Origin: Guillardia theta CCMP2712
Taxonomy: Eukaryota; Protista; Cryptophyta
Direction of reading: 5' to 3'
Length of the DNA stretch: 49,480 nt
NCBI RefSeq assembly: GCF_000315625.1
Contig: NW_005434549.1
Span: 20,516 to 69,995, forward strand
In this document: positions 34,468-49,480 of the stretch, in pieces
How positions within the stretch are numbered: position 1 is the first letter of the stretch
Layout of the letters: each line of letters starts with the position of its first letter
The notes under the pieces: model-generated
What the model was told of the DNA's origin: nothing
What the model saw: the letters and a program-made list of their open reading frames with translations, nothing else
Database searches by the model: none
Position numbers and translations under genes: made by a program

Positions 34468-37094
34468 ATGCAGCAAGCAGAAGGCCTTGCCGAACATGCA
34501 CAGCAGGAGTTTCTCGTCAGGAATGCGGAGAAGAAGGCGGCATGGGACTTGGTAGCGGCGAGGAAGGCAGAGCTTGATCAGGCTGAGCTGAGCGGGGATA
34601 GAAAGAGGAAAGGAGAGGCTAACATGAAGCTCTTGTCTGCCAGGCTCGCTGTTGCCAGGCTCGAAGCAGACGAGAAGAAGAGAGTGGAAGCACGCAAGCA
34701 GGTCTGGCAGGAAGAACATGAACTAGCTGGGCTCGAAAGAGACACTGTGAGGGAAGCATTGGCACTTGTGAACGTGAGGAAGGCAGAGCTTGAACTAGCT
34801 GGGCTCGAAGAAGACCAGAAGAAGAAAGCGGAGGCTGAGTATTGGTGCACGGATGCAGAGCTCGAATTGTCAGTTGCAACTGCGAAAGCATCGCTGGCAA
34901 AGGCAGAACGGAATGATGTTGGTCGTTGCACCAGAGAATACGATATTGCATCTTATGCATTGATTTCGCATCGATTCGATGGGAGAGAAGGAAAGTTTCT
35001 TTCAGGTGAGAGTTTATGCCAGCCCTGAATGCTTTTGTTCTCATTTGATTGCTAGTTTTGAACGATATCGCCAAAACCATCAATTTGAATGAGGTTTTGA
35101 TCCGGTTGAAGGAATTCGTTCAAAACTCTCTTGACTTTGCATGGACTTCGGAATCCTCACGGGTGCGACCCAGCGAGGAATTCAGCAGCTTGAACCCGAT
35201 AGACCGAATAGTTGAGAAGGCAAAAACTGATCAAGATCCTTACTTGTGCATGATTGAGGCTTGCTCTGGCTGTGGTAAGTCACTTACCGCCGTTGATTTC
35301 TTTGTCCGGAATGCAGATGTAAGCATCTATTTTCTCTTCAATCCTTCGCAGAGGGTAGATACCGTGCAAGATATTTACGAGCCAGTAGAACAGATCACGC
35401 GACTGATAAACAAGGCGATTGAGTGCGATCTTAGTATGTTGGCAAAGAGCCATGCCGGATCTCAGGGAACCGCACCTTTGGATGCTTTGGAGGTTGATTT
35501 CGCTACGGATGGAAGGAAATTGCATTTGCTGGGGGTCCTCGCCTTCCTGTGGTCCGAGGAGACTACCTGGGCTCCGGTATCTGTAAAAGACGCTCAGAAT
35601 TGGAAAAAACGGCGCTGGGTACTTGTGGACGAGGTGATTCCTCCTCAGCAGGAAGATACGTGCATTTTCTCAGTGACTGCAAAGATTGTTCTGTTGAGGC
35701 GAGTATTGATCAACTCAAAAATTAACTGCATCCTGTTGGGGACGAACACAATGGTGATGAATTTGGGAATGGTCTCGCAAAGCTCTCAACACCTTCGCAA
35801 TAAGGTGCGAAGAATATACTGCTTTACCCATCGCTCGCTTCCTCCATACATCCTGCCCTCAGACGCTTCTGAAGAGGTCATGAATAAGGTTTTCGGAAAG
35901 GCACAGGTACCCAAGTTACTGGACCACGTGAACCCATGGACCTGCTCCCTTTTCTTGCGCGAGCTTGGCCGAGTATTAGAAAACTCCAAACCACACATGC
36001 TTATACAAAGTGTCTCGAGGACGCTGTGGCAGCTTATCACAGCGGCAAAACCAAGTTTGAGGAAGGAGTCTATCTACTGCATGTTTCAGATTGCTGCGCG
36101 TGAACCTGTTTCTCAGTTGCACATCTCCCAGGGGTTTGCTCTTTTGAATGTATGGGGCAATTATCCGCCACCCCGAAATAGTGAAGAGGCAACCGTTCTG
36201 CTCGATCTTGAGGACAGGAAGCCTGCGCTGAAGGGTACTTTTCTTTCAGAGCTGACATCGAGGTTCGCCTCTGCAGTTCTTGACCCAATCACGACAGTGG
36301 CTTGTGCGGGGGGGGGCATGCCTTTCTCTCATGCATCAGCACTTGAGGTCTTGCAGAAGATTCATTTGGATCAGAGGATCGGGCAGGAATCTCTGAGCAG
36401 AGATGCGTGGAAGCGGGATGGGAATCTGCTGGAGTCGTTTGGGGCAGTAGTTGTAATGATCAGCAGCTGGTCTCCCCCTCAGGATCTCTTGAAGAACTTT
36501 GCTTTTCATTGCGGTATGAAAGACGAGAGGAAAGTGGATGATATTCTTGCTTCTGTTGCAAACAAAGAAAGCTTCGTTGAGATGCTGACGTCGTGCATGT
36601 GCAATCTGGTCCCTGTAAGGGAGAGCGAGTATGAGCATTCCCTTTCCGCAGTCTTGGGCTCCTACGTGCGTAACAAGGACATGAAAGGCAGGGACGGTAC
36701 TTTCTCTGGGCCAGCTTCCAAATGGAGAGGAGGAGCAAAATTCAAGAATCGTTCGGCCGAGTCTCCTTTGCAAAGTAAGTCGTCCGAATACATCACAAGT
36801 CTGCTTTCACATAACCTGGATGTCAACATATTCATGGTTGCCGAGATGTCATTTGACATTGAAGGTTACATGAGCTCAATGTATGATGGCACCGAGTGGC
36901 TGGTATTGCATCTTGAAAACAAAGGAAAACAAAAGTGGACCGCCTCGACATTCCGCCGCCCAACAAACAAGAGAAAGAAAGGCGAAGCAGATTCTGTAGA
37001 TGAAAGGATGGTGGAGAAGATCCTGCGCAAAAGGGTGCTCATCGTTGTGGAGATTGGAATGCAGACAATGCCATTCTGTGGTCAACAGTGCTAG
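34468..37094 (+). CDS. Crinkler-like protein: helical header + P-loop NTPase + restriction-endonuclease-like domain, 858 aa, one intron (35006-35055)
   Basis: A GT..AG intron joins the two ORFs in frame (FLS-V-LND). Walker A EACSGCGKS, Walker B VLVDEV, ILLGTN; C-terminal RNKDMKGRDGTF...AKFKN resembles the D...ExK nuclease motif. Confidence 0.75.
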
Positions 37095-37099
37095 GTGGC

Positions 37100-38660
37100 A
37101 GCCTTCATATCGGTGCACTCCAGACGTGAGGACATTCGTGATGAACTTTGTTATTCTTGATACAAATAATTTGGTGTTGGTTGCCAACATTGTTCAAACC
37201 CTCCGAGCCATTCCTCCCCTTCGATAACAACATCCCAGCGTCTCAAGCGCAATCCGTGATCCGCCTCCTCTAGTTTCCCGCCCGTGGCCTCCTGCTCGCT
37301 CCTACTGCTCTCCATGTTGGCCTTGGCAAGCAGCTTGTCTGCCTCGACTTCACGGCAGTTTCCTCTGTCCTTCCCTCTCGCCCTCTCTCCCACACAGTCA
37401 CATGACGCGATACATCCGGGAAAGCCTTTCTTGCGATACCACTGAGCGTCTCCAGCCTCTGGACCATCTTGGAGCAGCAAGTCAGCGATGAGTCAGGGGT
37501 TGACAGCATCCGATAGCCATATCAGAGAGTTTCGACTTGGCGCTAGCGCCGACCTTGTCCAGAAGCCAGGTCCTTGAAGTACTGTGGAGCATCGTTGACG
37601 ACGGCCTTCAGGCTGGTGGTTGGTTTGCTCCATTGTGCTATGCATGGACTGGCCCGATCTACAAGCAAGTGAATGGGCTGTCCGCTCCGAGCTCCGAGGA
37701 TGCTTGTCGGGGCGTTGAGGCCAAGCTCATCTCCTGGAGACGAATGGTAAGCACTCTACAGAGAGAAAGAGTTCAGTGGTGATGTGCCGTTTTTGACATA
37801 CGATTCTTAGTGGAACTCGACCACACCCTGTCTTTTCTCGAAGGCCGTTGGAGAGGTCATCAATGGCCACCTCCTCTCCTAGCTTCTTTGCTCGCTTGTT
37901 ACATCAGCAACGCAACGGAATCACTCTCTAAGCGCTGCTCAGGATGATATGATTCGATTCCGACCACCCTGGTTCTCTACTTCGTCTTGTCTGCTGGGTC
38001 GTCGTAACTTTCCCTCTCACCACTCCCTTCTCCTGTCCACGTCCTTCAACTATCCTCTCTGGGCCCTTCGCCGATTTGTTGTTTGTTCTCAGTAAAACTT
38101 GATCCGAGTCACTATCCGTAGATTCCTGATCTGCCACTGAGTCAACGTAGATGCTCAGGCATGTCCCATTCGTCAATCCCATCCCAATCCCCTTCCAAGT
38201 CACTGGTCGTTCCCTGGGGGATGGTGTGAAAACCACAATGGAGTTCTCCGCAGTGGGAGACACCATGGGTGTGCGGCAGATTGGACGGGGCCTCGGAAGG
38301 AGTTCCAGATTCGCTCTGTGATGAGAGAATGATGATCACTGCTGGCATGGCAGTGGATACGGGAGAGTGGGTATGGAGGTTTAAATATTCTCAAAACAAA
38401 TTGAAATGCATACCTTACACTATCACAAGCCGTCATGAAAGCCAATGACTTCATTTAACTCCAAACACAGTCATGTTCACCATGCTTCAAGGGCATGATT
38501 TTGTATTTACATGCTACTCAACGAACTGAGATTCAAATCTTGCATTATTGATCAGTACAATGAGAAGAGTCCTCTTCATCCACATGACAGTACACATAGA
38601 TTCGAAGTATCTCATCATTCAAATCGGTAGTCGCGCGCGAGCAAGGCATCAGTTCGCCAT
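37100..38660 (-). pseudogene. Possible degenerate gene remnant carrying the exchanged patches
   Basis: Short coding-like pieces (EVEADKLLAKANMESSRSEQEATGGKLEEAD; VDSVADQESTDSDSDQ) but no continuous frame. Confidence 0.3.
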
Positions 38661-38705
38661 CTCTTGCTTGTTCAAAGTTCAACGGGAGGGGGAGGAAAAG
38701 TAAGG

Positions 38706-39560
38706 TTTAACTTAACTTTGAGTAAGGAAAAGGGGTGACCCCTTGTTTGTCTGGTACAATAAATTCCAGAAGTGACTACTACCGGGTACGCCCCGCGGGG
38801 CCCGCCGGCCGCGCGGGCGCCGTACGGTCACCGGGTACCGTACCGGGAGTCGAGTCTCAGTCTCGCTGATGAGCCGCTGAGCCGGGCTGGGCCCGGCAAA
38901 CTTCAGTCACAAGTTTCCGATCTCCGATCGAATGATTTCACATTGAAGTTTGGCACTCAGACTGCCGCACCGGGTGTAAACTCGGAAGCCCGGCTGCGGC
39001 TTGCTACGCCGTGACAAACTTGAAAGCGGCCGGCGGCTGACCGTAACGGCACCCAGGGTGACCCGACGGTCCGTCCGGTACGGTACGATCGGGTGACTGT
39101 TCCGAAGTTCAACCGTACAGTTCAACCAGCCGCTGAGCGGCGTCCCGGATCCACGCACTGGCGCGGCCCGGGACAAGTGAACCGTGACAGTCAAAGCCTC
39201 CGTCAAAGGCCCTCTACTACTTTCTTTACTCAAAGTTAAGTTAAAAATCAGTACGAGGACAATCACTGATCAGGAGAGTCAAGGAGGCTCCGCTTGACCG
39301 TTCAGTACTCAAAGTTCAAGTAAGCCTGACATTCCAAACCTTTACTCAAAGTTAAGTTAAAAATCAGTACGAGGACAGCCCTGACACTGTCGCACTGGCC
39401 GCCAAACGGCGACCTGATTGACCCGCCCGTTGACACTTGATTTCATAGGAGTGACGATAGGACTGGGAGGACAGCCGCTGCAACCGTTGAACGCCGCCGG
39501 TTAGAGATAAGCCTCGATCCGATGGCGAGGAGTTAAACAGACGGTCCGTTGAGATGAGGT
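38706..39560. repeat. GC-rich island with TTACTCAAAGTTAAG-family dispersed repeats
   Basis: Inverted copy at 38706-38725; 36-bp perfect direct copies at 39226-39261 and 39342-39377. Confidence 0.8.
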
Positions 39561-39888
39561 GCCCCTCATTTCCTACTCTTGTTCCCTAGGTGATTTATAG
39601 GACCTTCCTATGACCCCTGAGACCTCTGCGGTGATCGAACGCGACAGAACACGATTTCGAGGATTTTGAAAAGCGACAAACACCTTTTCGTTTAATATAG
39701 TTATAAGGCTTCCCCGTTCCTTGCCCATCATAATTCCGTTCACCCCCGCCCTCCGGCTCAACCGCCCTCTTCCCATCCTCGGAGCGAGATCTCCCACACA
39801 CCCCGGCCTCAAAATCCCTGTCCATCAAATCTCGTCCTTCTTTCCCTCACTGTGTCTACGCGTCTGCTCAAAAGATCAAGGTTCCACG

Positions 39889-40302
39889 ATGAAGCTTTCG
39901 GAAATAACACCAAGGGGTCAAATGCTTGTTGGTTCCAACGTGGTCGCCACATTTTGTATTGTTGCGGTACTCCTGGTTGCTACTACAAGAACACGAAAAT
40001 GCCAACAAAGCAAAAGAAATTACGAGCCGAACGCCCAAGAAAGATCGAAGATAGACCATGACCTCAAAGAAATTTTCGCCATCCTCGATGATGCAGAAAG
40101 GATGGGATATATCCATGTCACGAGCCCACCAGAGGAAAAGCATGCAGACTGGGAGGTGATCGGTCAATGGCTCACCTGCTGCAGTGTGTATGTTGCTGCA
40201 AATGTAAACATTTTTCATCGTGCGCATTCTCGGAAAGTAACTTCCAAGCATCAACACGACGCTCAGCATCGTGTTTTGTCTCGCTGGATCGATATGGACT
40301 GA
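39889..40302 (+). CDS. Small hypothetical single-TM protein
   Basis: ATG-initiated 137-aa ORF with hydrophobic VVATFCIVAVLLVA, followed by a T-rich 3' region. No homology recognised. Confidence 0.4.
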   Translation: MKLSEITPRGQMLVGSNVVATFCIVAVLLVATTRTRKCQQSKRNYEPNAQERSKIDHDLKEIFAILDDAERMGYIHVTSPPEEKHADWEVIGQWLTCCSVYVAANVNIFHRAHSRKVTSKHQHDAQHRVLSRWIDMD

Positions 40303-40638
40303 AGTGCTCAAAGTACAACTTTATTCTTTTCTACATTTTTCCTTTTCTACCCATCTTTCGTTTTTGAATCTCTTTTTCTCCCATGAAATAAAAATCGTCA
40401 TCGAATTGATTGGCAAATTTCTTGCGGAGATTGTCACCCTCCGAAATCAAAGAGGGTATTGTTCGTGCTGTAACACACCGCAAGCCATTGTAGTGTATTC
40501 ACTTGAGAAACCTTATTTCTAGCTGCTTGACCTGCAATTCACATGCATGGGAAGATGGCTGCCAACCTTTATACAAACCCCTAGGGAGCTATTATACATT
40601 CTATACACAATAGAGTAGGATCGTTTTTCTTGGACCAC

Positions 40639-41223
40639 TTAGAGATCTACCCATTTCGAATAGATTCTATCCACTTGCTTCATTCTTTTCCGTTGAAGAA
40701 AGCTTCTTGACATCTTCTTCCCAGACTGGTGGAAAAGGCTGATCTTCAAGTACTGCCTTGCTTCACATACTTTTTGCCCAATGTTACGCTTTCGAGACCC
40801 GGCAAACTGTCCAGAGCTGCCCCATATCTTTCTTGAATGTATCTGCTCCATTTTGGGAAATCCTGGGGACGTGGAAAGTTTCTGCTGCGGATATGTATCT
40901 GTCAAGGTTATGCTACCGTTGCTGACTGCCGATCGCAATGTATCCCACAGTTCTACCTCGTCTCTATTCGGTATACATGAAATGCGAATTTTCGCCTGGT
41001 CTTCGTACAAAAAGCCCGTTACAACACGGAAGATCTCTCTCAAGCAAAAGAATACGCACTCCACTACTTGCATAAAAGGACAAATCTTTGAAAACAAAAA
41101 AATGTACATTGAATCATTCTTGGCATCGAACTTTGGATAGAACGATTTGAAACTGTGCTGATGCTGTGATTTTCTTTTGTAGAAGTTTCTGCCACAATGG
41201 GCCTGCGGACTTAGAATGCTCAT
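40639..41223 (-). CDS. Hypothetical protein
   Basis: ~195-aa ORF in AT-richer DNA; no motif recognised. Confidence 0.3.
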   Translation of the reverse strand: MSILSPQAHCGRNFYKRKSQHQHSFKSFYPKFDAKNDSMYIFLFSKICPFMQVVECVFFCLREIFRVVTGFLYEDQAKIRISCIPNRDEVELWDTLRSAVSNGSITLTDTYPQQKLSTSPGFPKMEQIHSRKIWGSSGQFAGSRKRNIGQKVCEARQYLKISLFHQSGKKMSRSFLQRKRMKQVDRIYSKWVDL

Positions 41224-41794
41224 CACTGCTGAATAAGCCTGTTGATTCGACAGCGCCGACTCAATTGGTAGTAAGCTTGTGTGAGTTGAGGGGAGGACAA
41301 ACGCAGGAGGAGGAAGAGGAGGAGGAAGTTGAGATGGAAAAGGAGGGTGTGCCAGAATAAAGTGACAATCAGAACAAGGGGTGGTTGTGGAGAACAGAAT
41401 TGAACCGGAGGACTAAACTGAGGGGATGGGATGCAACAATCATAGGGTACCCGTACTTGAGATAGGGAAGTCGAGGGTGACTGTGCGACAGGAATGCTTT
41501 TGAGCTGTGCTGACTGGAGGTTTTGGGCGTGATATAGCTTTACTACCTTCAAACTTCGAAAAATACTTGTTTTCGGCACGAAAGATGCTTCAGCGACTGT
41601 CAGCAATACCGAAACAACTAGTTTTCGAAATAATCTCGCGCCCATCCGCACACCCAAGGGTTTGACTGGTCGTTGGGGTAGGAGGAGGGGTGATGTCCAA
41701 CCACAGTCAATTGAAGGGGTACATCAACACGCGCCTCACGTCACGCTCCAACTGATGACTTTAAAACTGACTCAGGGCCGAGTTTAACGGCTGA

Positions 41795-42259
41795 CAGCGT
41801 ATCGCGAATCCATGAGCGAACGAACACTTTTTGACATACATAGATTTAACTTTTTTGCCAAAAATATCCCTTTCCCTGTCAAACAAGCATTGCTTCGATA
41901 TATATCAACCTGACACGAACAATTTCATTTTGGAAACATTTTCCTTCAACAACGTTTCAAACCATTTCGTCATCCTGCTTTGACCTATATTTTTGTGGTA
42001 CAAATTCAAATACATTAAAAAGCAGTTTTAATCTCATGGATACGGAGAATCGCGAACGTCGTTCGCGATTCTCTTTATTACAACACAGCTTTACCACACG
42101 ATGATCACGGCCTGCTTACATTTAATAAATGACATTGTAAATATATAAATCCACTTATTTCAAATTTACACATTGTTTGGAAATTTTATAATAGTTATAA
42201 ACGTTTTACAATATTTCTAAAACGTTTCGTTGCGTTCGCAATATTTTCGCGATACGCTA
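41795..42259. mobile_element. Putative MITE (hAT-like), ~465 bp
   Basis: TIR (C/T)AGCGTATCGCGAA at both ends (13 bp perfect, 41796-41808 and 42246-42258); AT-rich non-coding interior; central palindrome at 42045-42073; 8-bp flanks acggctga/acggacgt match at 5 of 8. Confidence 0.6.
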
Positions 42260-42920
42260 ACGGACGTTAGTCTCGGCCCTCAGTGAGTCCGGAGTCCACA
42301 TGGCAGCGGCGTGGCCGGGCGCCGCGGCGCCCCCCCCGGGGCCGGCCGGGCGGCCCCTCACGCAGAGGGACCGTACGGTACTCAGGGCACGGTACGGTAC
42401 TGTAGTACCGCGGCCCGGCCGGCCGGGGGCCGGCCCGGCCTTGGCTTGAACCGTCACAGTGACTGCCATCAACTTGCGCCGTGCCAACCGTAACGGCCCT
42501 CAGTCCCGGGCCCGCCGGCCGATCCGGCGATCGGAGGGGGGGGGGGGGAGGGGGGCAGTGACGGCGCGCGGCCGCTCAGACGGTACGGTACGGTGACTGT
42601 GACCGGACTACTTACTTACTAAGTTAGTACGGTACTACTGAAGTAGGCCGCAAGGCGGTCATCAGTACTAGCGGCCGCGTAGACGGTACGGTACGGTACT
42701 CCCGTACTACGTGTGCGACCGATGGCGGCCATGATCATCTTATCACGATGCACCGTGGCACTGCACTGCACAGTGACGGGTGACTCGGATACCGTACCGT
42801 CATTCCGAAGTTCAATGCAAATGGGTACCATCGGCGATGATCGGGTGACCGTACGACGGTACGTCACGGTGACTGTGACGGTGGCACTTGAAGCAACCGT
42901 GAACGGTGATCAAAGTTAGT
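42260..42920. other. GC-rich island with cggta/gtgac microrepeats
   Basis: Repeated cggtacggtac and gtgac words, as in the other islands. Confidence 0.6.
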
Positions 42921-42942
42921 TGACCTTGCAGGGTTGAATCAT

Positions 42943-43087
42943 AAGCAAGCCCAAGCCAAAGCAAGCCAAACTTAAAGCAAGCATCAAAGCAAGCATCAAA
43001 GCAAGCAAAGCAAGCAAAGCAAGCAAAGCAAGCAAAGCAAGCAAAGCAAGCAAAGCAAGCAAAGCAAGCAAAGCAAGCAAAGCAAGC
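42943..43087. repeat. 9-bp tandem repeat (aagcaagca)n
   Basis: Directly visible; degenerate at the left end. Confidence 0.95.
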
Positions 43088-43271
43088 TTAATCAAAGGTT
43101 CCGATCATTTGTCTGTGACGCTTGACTTCAAATTTAATATTCACTTGTAGTGCTGCATTACGGTTCAGGCGCACTGGCTGCGGCAAGCAGATGAGTTGGC
43201 AAGCTCGCGTTGAAAATTTGTGTAGCTGGTGAATCATCCCAGTTCAGCCAACCATATCATAGCAGTATGTT

Positions 43272-43616
43272 TTACTCAAGATCGATTTTATCTGACAACC
43301 TCTTCCCTCTGCCAGGCAAGCAATCCCAGCACTCCCCCCCGCCCTCCTCGGTGCTTGCATGGATGTACTGCTCCGAGGACGCTGAGATTGCCTGCATGAA
43401 ATGTATCCCCTCGAATACGTCCATCCAGTCACTGGAATGGGCTTGATCCAGACCAATGTTGAAGTCTACTCGAAGGTTTTTCTTGTTGGTGACTGGACAT
43501 GCTGTAAGACTACTAGAGCCGAAAAAATCTTCGAAGATCTTTCTCGGCGCTGGTCTGCATGGGGCATGCATAATGCGCGTCTCGATCGAGAGGTCGCTGT
43601 TGTCTTTGTTGGCCAT
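43272..43616 (-). CDS. Small hypothetical protein
   Basis: ATG-initiated 114-aa ORF (MANKDNSDLSIETRIM...); no homology recognised. Confidence 0.25.
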   Translation of the reverse strand: MANKDNSDLSIETRIMHAPCRPAPRKIFEDFFGSSSLTACPVTNKKNLRVDFNIGLDQAHSSDWMDVFEGIHFMQAISASSEQYIHASTEEGGGECWDCLPGRGKRLSDKIDLE

Positions 43617-44340
43617 TAAGGAGAGTACTAGCGGCGATGGCACAGGTGGCTCAACTAGGTCAACGAGATTCGTACTGCGGAGGGATGATAGCAGGAATAG
43701 GGAGGGGAAGAATAGAGTAGAGACGACAAGCCGCAAGATGGAAGAGGGAGGGGATACAGGATAGAGTGGAGGCAGGACAGAGTGGAAATAGGATGGTAGC
43801 AGTGTCAAGAGTGGGTGAATATCAAGGAAGACGGAACGGAGAAGACCTGAGGCTGCAGATTCTTTTAGTGCGAAGTGGGTATGCCCAGGGGATATCGCTT
43901 TTCATTTAGTACCGTACTTAAAGAATAGCTGATCTTGGGGTAGCAAGGTAAATGGATTGGAATGGAAGGGGTAAAATGCTCTATTTCAAGTCTTTACTAC
44001 CAGACTGATGACAGAGGGGAACAAAAATGGGGAAAGGGGGCAGTGGATACGCCCCCCCCTGTACCCAAGGTTGGAGATTTCTTAAGTGAAGCATCAAGAA
44101 AAGTATCAGTACTGCCAGGCTCTCCAGAATTTGCTAGAGCTCGTTTAAGCCTTCTTTGCATACAAGGATCGCCCCGTTTTCATGGGAGTCTTGACGTTTT
44201 TATCCTCCACTAGTTGTATGGTTCCGATACTCAAGCTCTGTCACACGGCCGCCGGTGACACCGGGTACGCCGCTCAACCGCCGTCTCTTCCGTCGATATC
44301 TTTGAGGCGCGGCGTGACTGATGAATGAGTAACCGTCACG

Positions 44341-44665
44341 TTACTCAAAGTTAAGATAAAAATCAGTACGAGCCTCGGAGGACAATCGGCCAGGCCCTGA
44401 GAGTCGAGTCGGAGGGCACAGCAGGATTAGGTTTGGTTCTCGCTGTCTTTCTCTTCTCGCCGTTTGGCCTGTGCGACAGTGTCAGGGTCAAGCCTCCTCG
44501 ACTCTCCTGATTGTCCTCGTACTGCACGCTTAACTTTGAGTCACCGTCACATGAAAGTCGTCGGCGGCCGGGCCGGGAGGCTTGACCCTGACACTCAGTG
44601 ACTGTCGCACACTGGCAGCCTGGCCAAACGGCGAGAAGAGAAAAGACAGCGAGAACCAAACCTAA
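44341..44665. repeat. Imperfect long palindrome of the TTACTCAAAGTTAAG repeat family
   Basis: Arm 44427-44496 (ttaggtttggttctcgctgtctttctcttctcgccgtttggcc...aagcctc) is the reverse complement of 44577-44665, apart from short insertions. Confidence 0.8.
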
Positions 44666-44699
44666 CCGTAACCCTGCCGACTGCTGTCCCCCAACTTGC

Positions 44700-45345
44700 A
44701 AACTTAACCGTCTGATACCTAACGGTCAGTGAGTTCACTGGCTTAACTGCGCGCCGCAGGACTCCAAGTCCGGGAGTCCCCGCGCGGCCACCGTGTGCCA
44801 GCAGTGACACCATGCGTTGTGCTCAGTTGGCATTGTGCTAGTATCCGATCTGTGGCCGCGGCCCCACACTGTGACAGTCACGGCCGGTCCTGCCCCGCCG
44901 GGCGACCCGGCGGGCCCCGGGCCCGGGGATCCGGCGCCCGGTGACCGGCCCGGGCCCAGCGCCGGTGGCGCGCGGCCCACCGCCCGGGCCGCGGCGAGTC
45001 CGATCGGCCGGCCCGGCGCCCGGATCATCGGATCGAGTCAGTGAGTACTAGCCGCTGACTCAGTGAGCTGCACTGGGTCGGGCCGGGCCCGGGCCCCGGG
45101 CCCGGGCCCGGCGGCTGCCGCGGAGCCTCAGCCGCGTGTGCGGAGCGAGGCTGAGCCTCCCGGAGTCCGGCCCGGCGGCGGGAGTCCGGCCGTCCGCGGC
45201 GGAGTCACGATCGGATCCACCTTTTTTTTGTCGGATCATGTCGCCGGGCCGCCCCGGCGGTGCCACCGGTGCCGGGCGGCCCGCCCGCCGGGGGCCGCCC
45301 CGCGGCCGGGCCCGGCCTGGCTCAGCCTGCAGGGTGCCACGATGA
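44700..45345. promoter_or_regulatory. GC-rich island upstream of HSP70
   Basis: Very high GC tract ending ~35 bp before the HSP70 ATG. Confidence 0.45.
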
Positions 45346-45379
45346 TGGTTTCAGTGAAACCAACCAACCAGACGGAAAA

Positions 45380-49480
<4,101 letters not shown>

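Noticed and set aside
30066-37439. Diversity-generating retroelement TR/VR pair
   Set aside because: The copies are identical with no adenine-specific differences, and no reverse transcriptase is present in the window.

Overview
Intron-rich eukaryotic nuclear DNA. Short GT-AG introns, microsatellite-filled introns and GC-rich intergenic islands resemble a cryptophyte alga such as Guillardia theta (inference, not verified). Recognisable genes: a GAF-like + HPP-family membrane protein (-), aspartoacylase (+), two glycosyltransferase-like genes (-), a Fuseless-like membrane protein (+), an intronless bacterial-type CrfC/YjdA-like dynamin GTPase (-) head-to-head with a helical-bundle + Ig-like-repeat gene (+), a PH/coiled-coil gene (+), a Crinkler-like NTPase + restriction-endonuclease-fold gene (+) and a 3'-truncated HSP70 (+). 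A 3205-bp PIF/Harbinger transposon (17-bp TIRs, TTA TSD) sits 2 nt inside an exon of a minus-strand host gene, and its distal TIR recreates an in-register splice acceptor. Its transposase carries an 82-bp foreign patch with a stop codon, while a locus ~7.16 kb away carries that same patch plus a 48-bp piece of the transposase on nearly the same diagonal. A hAT-like MITE, a dispersed palindromic repeat family and several minisatellites are also present. Exon structures and family calls were made by eye and need confirmation.
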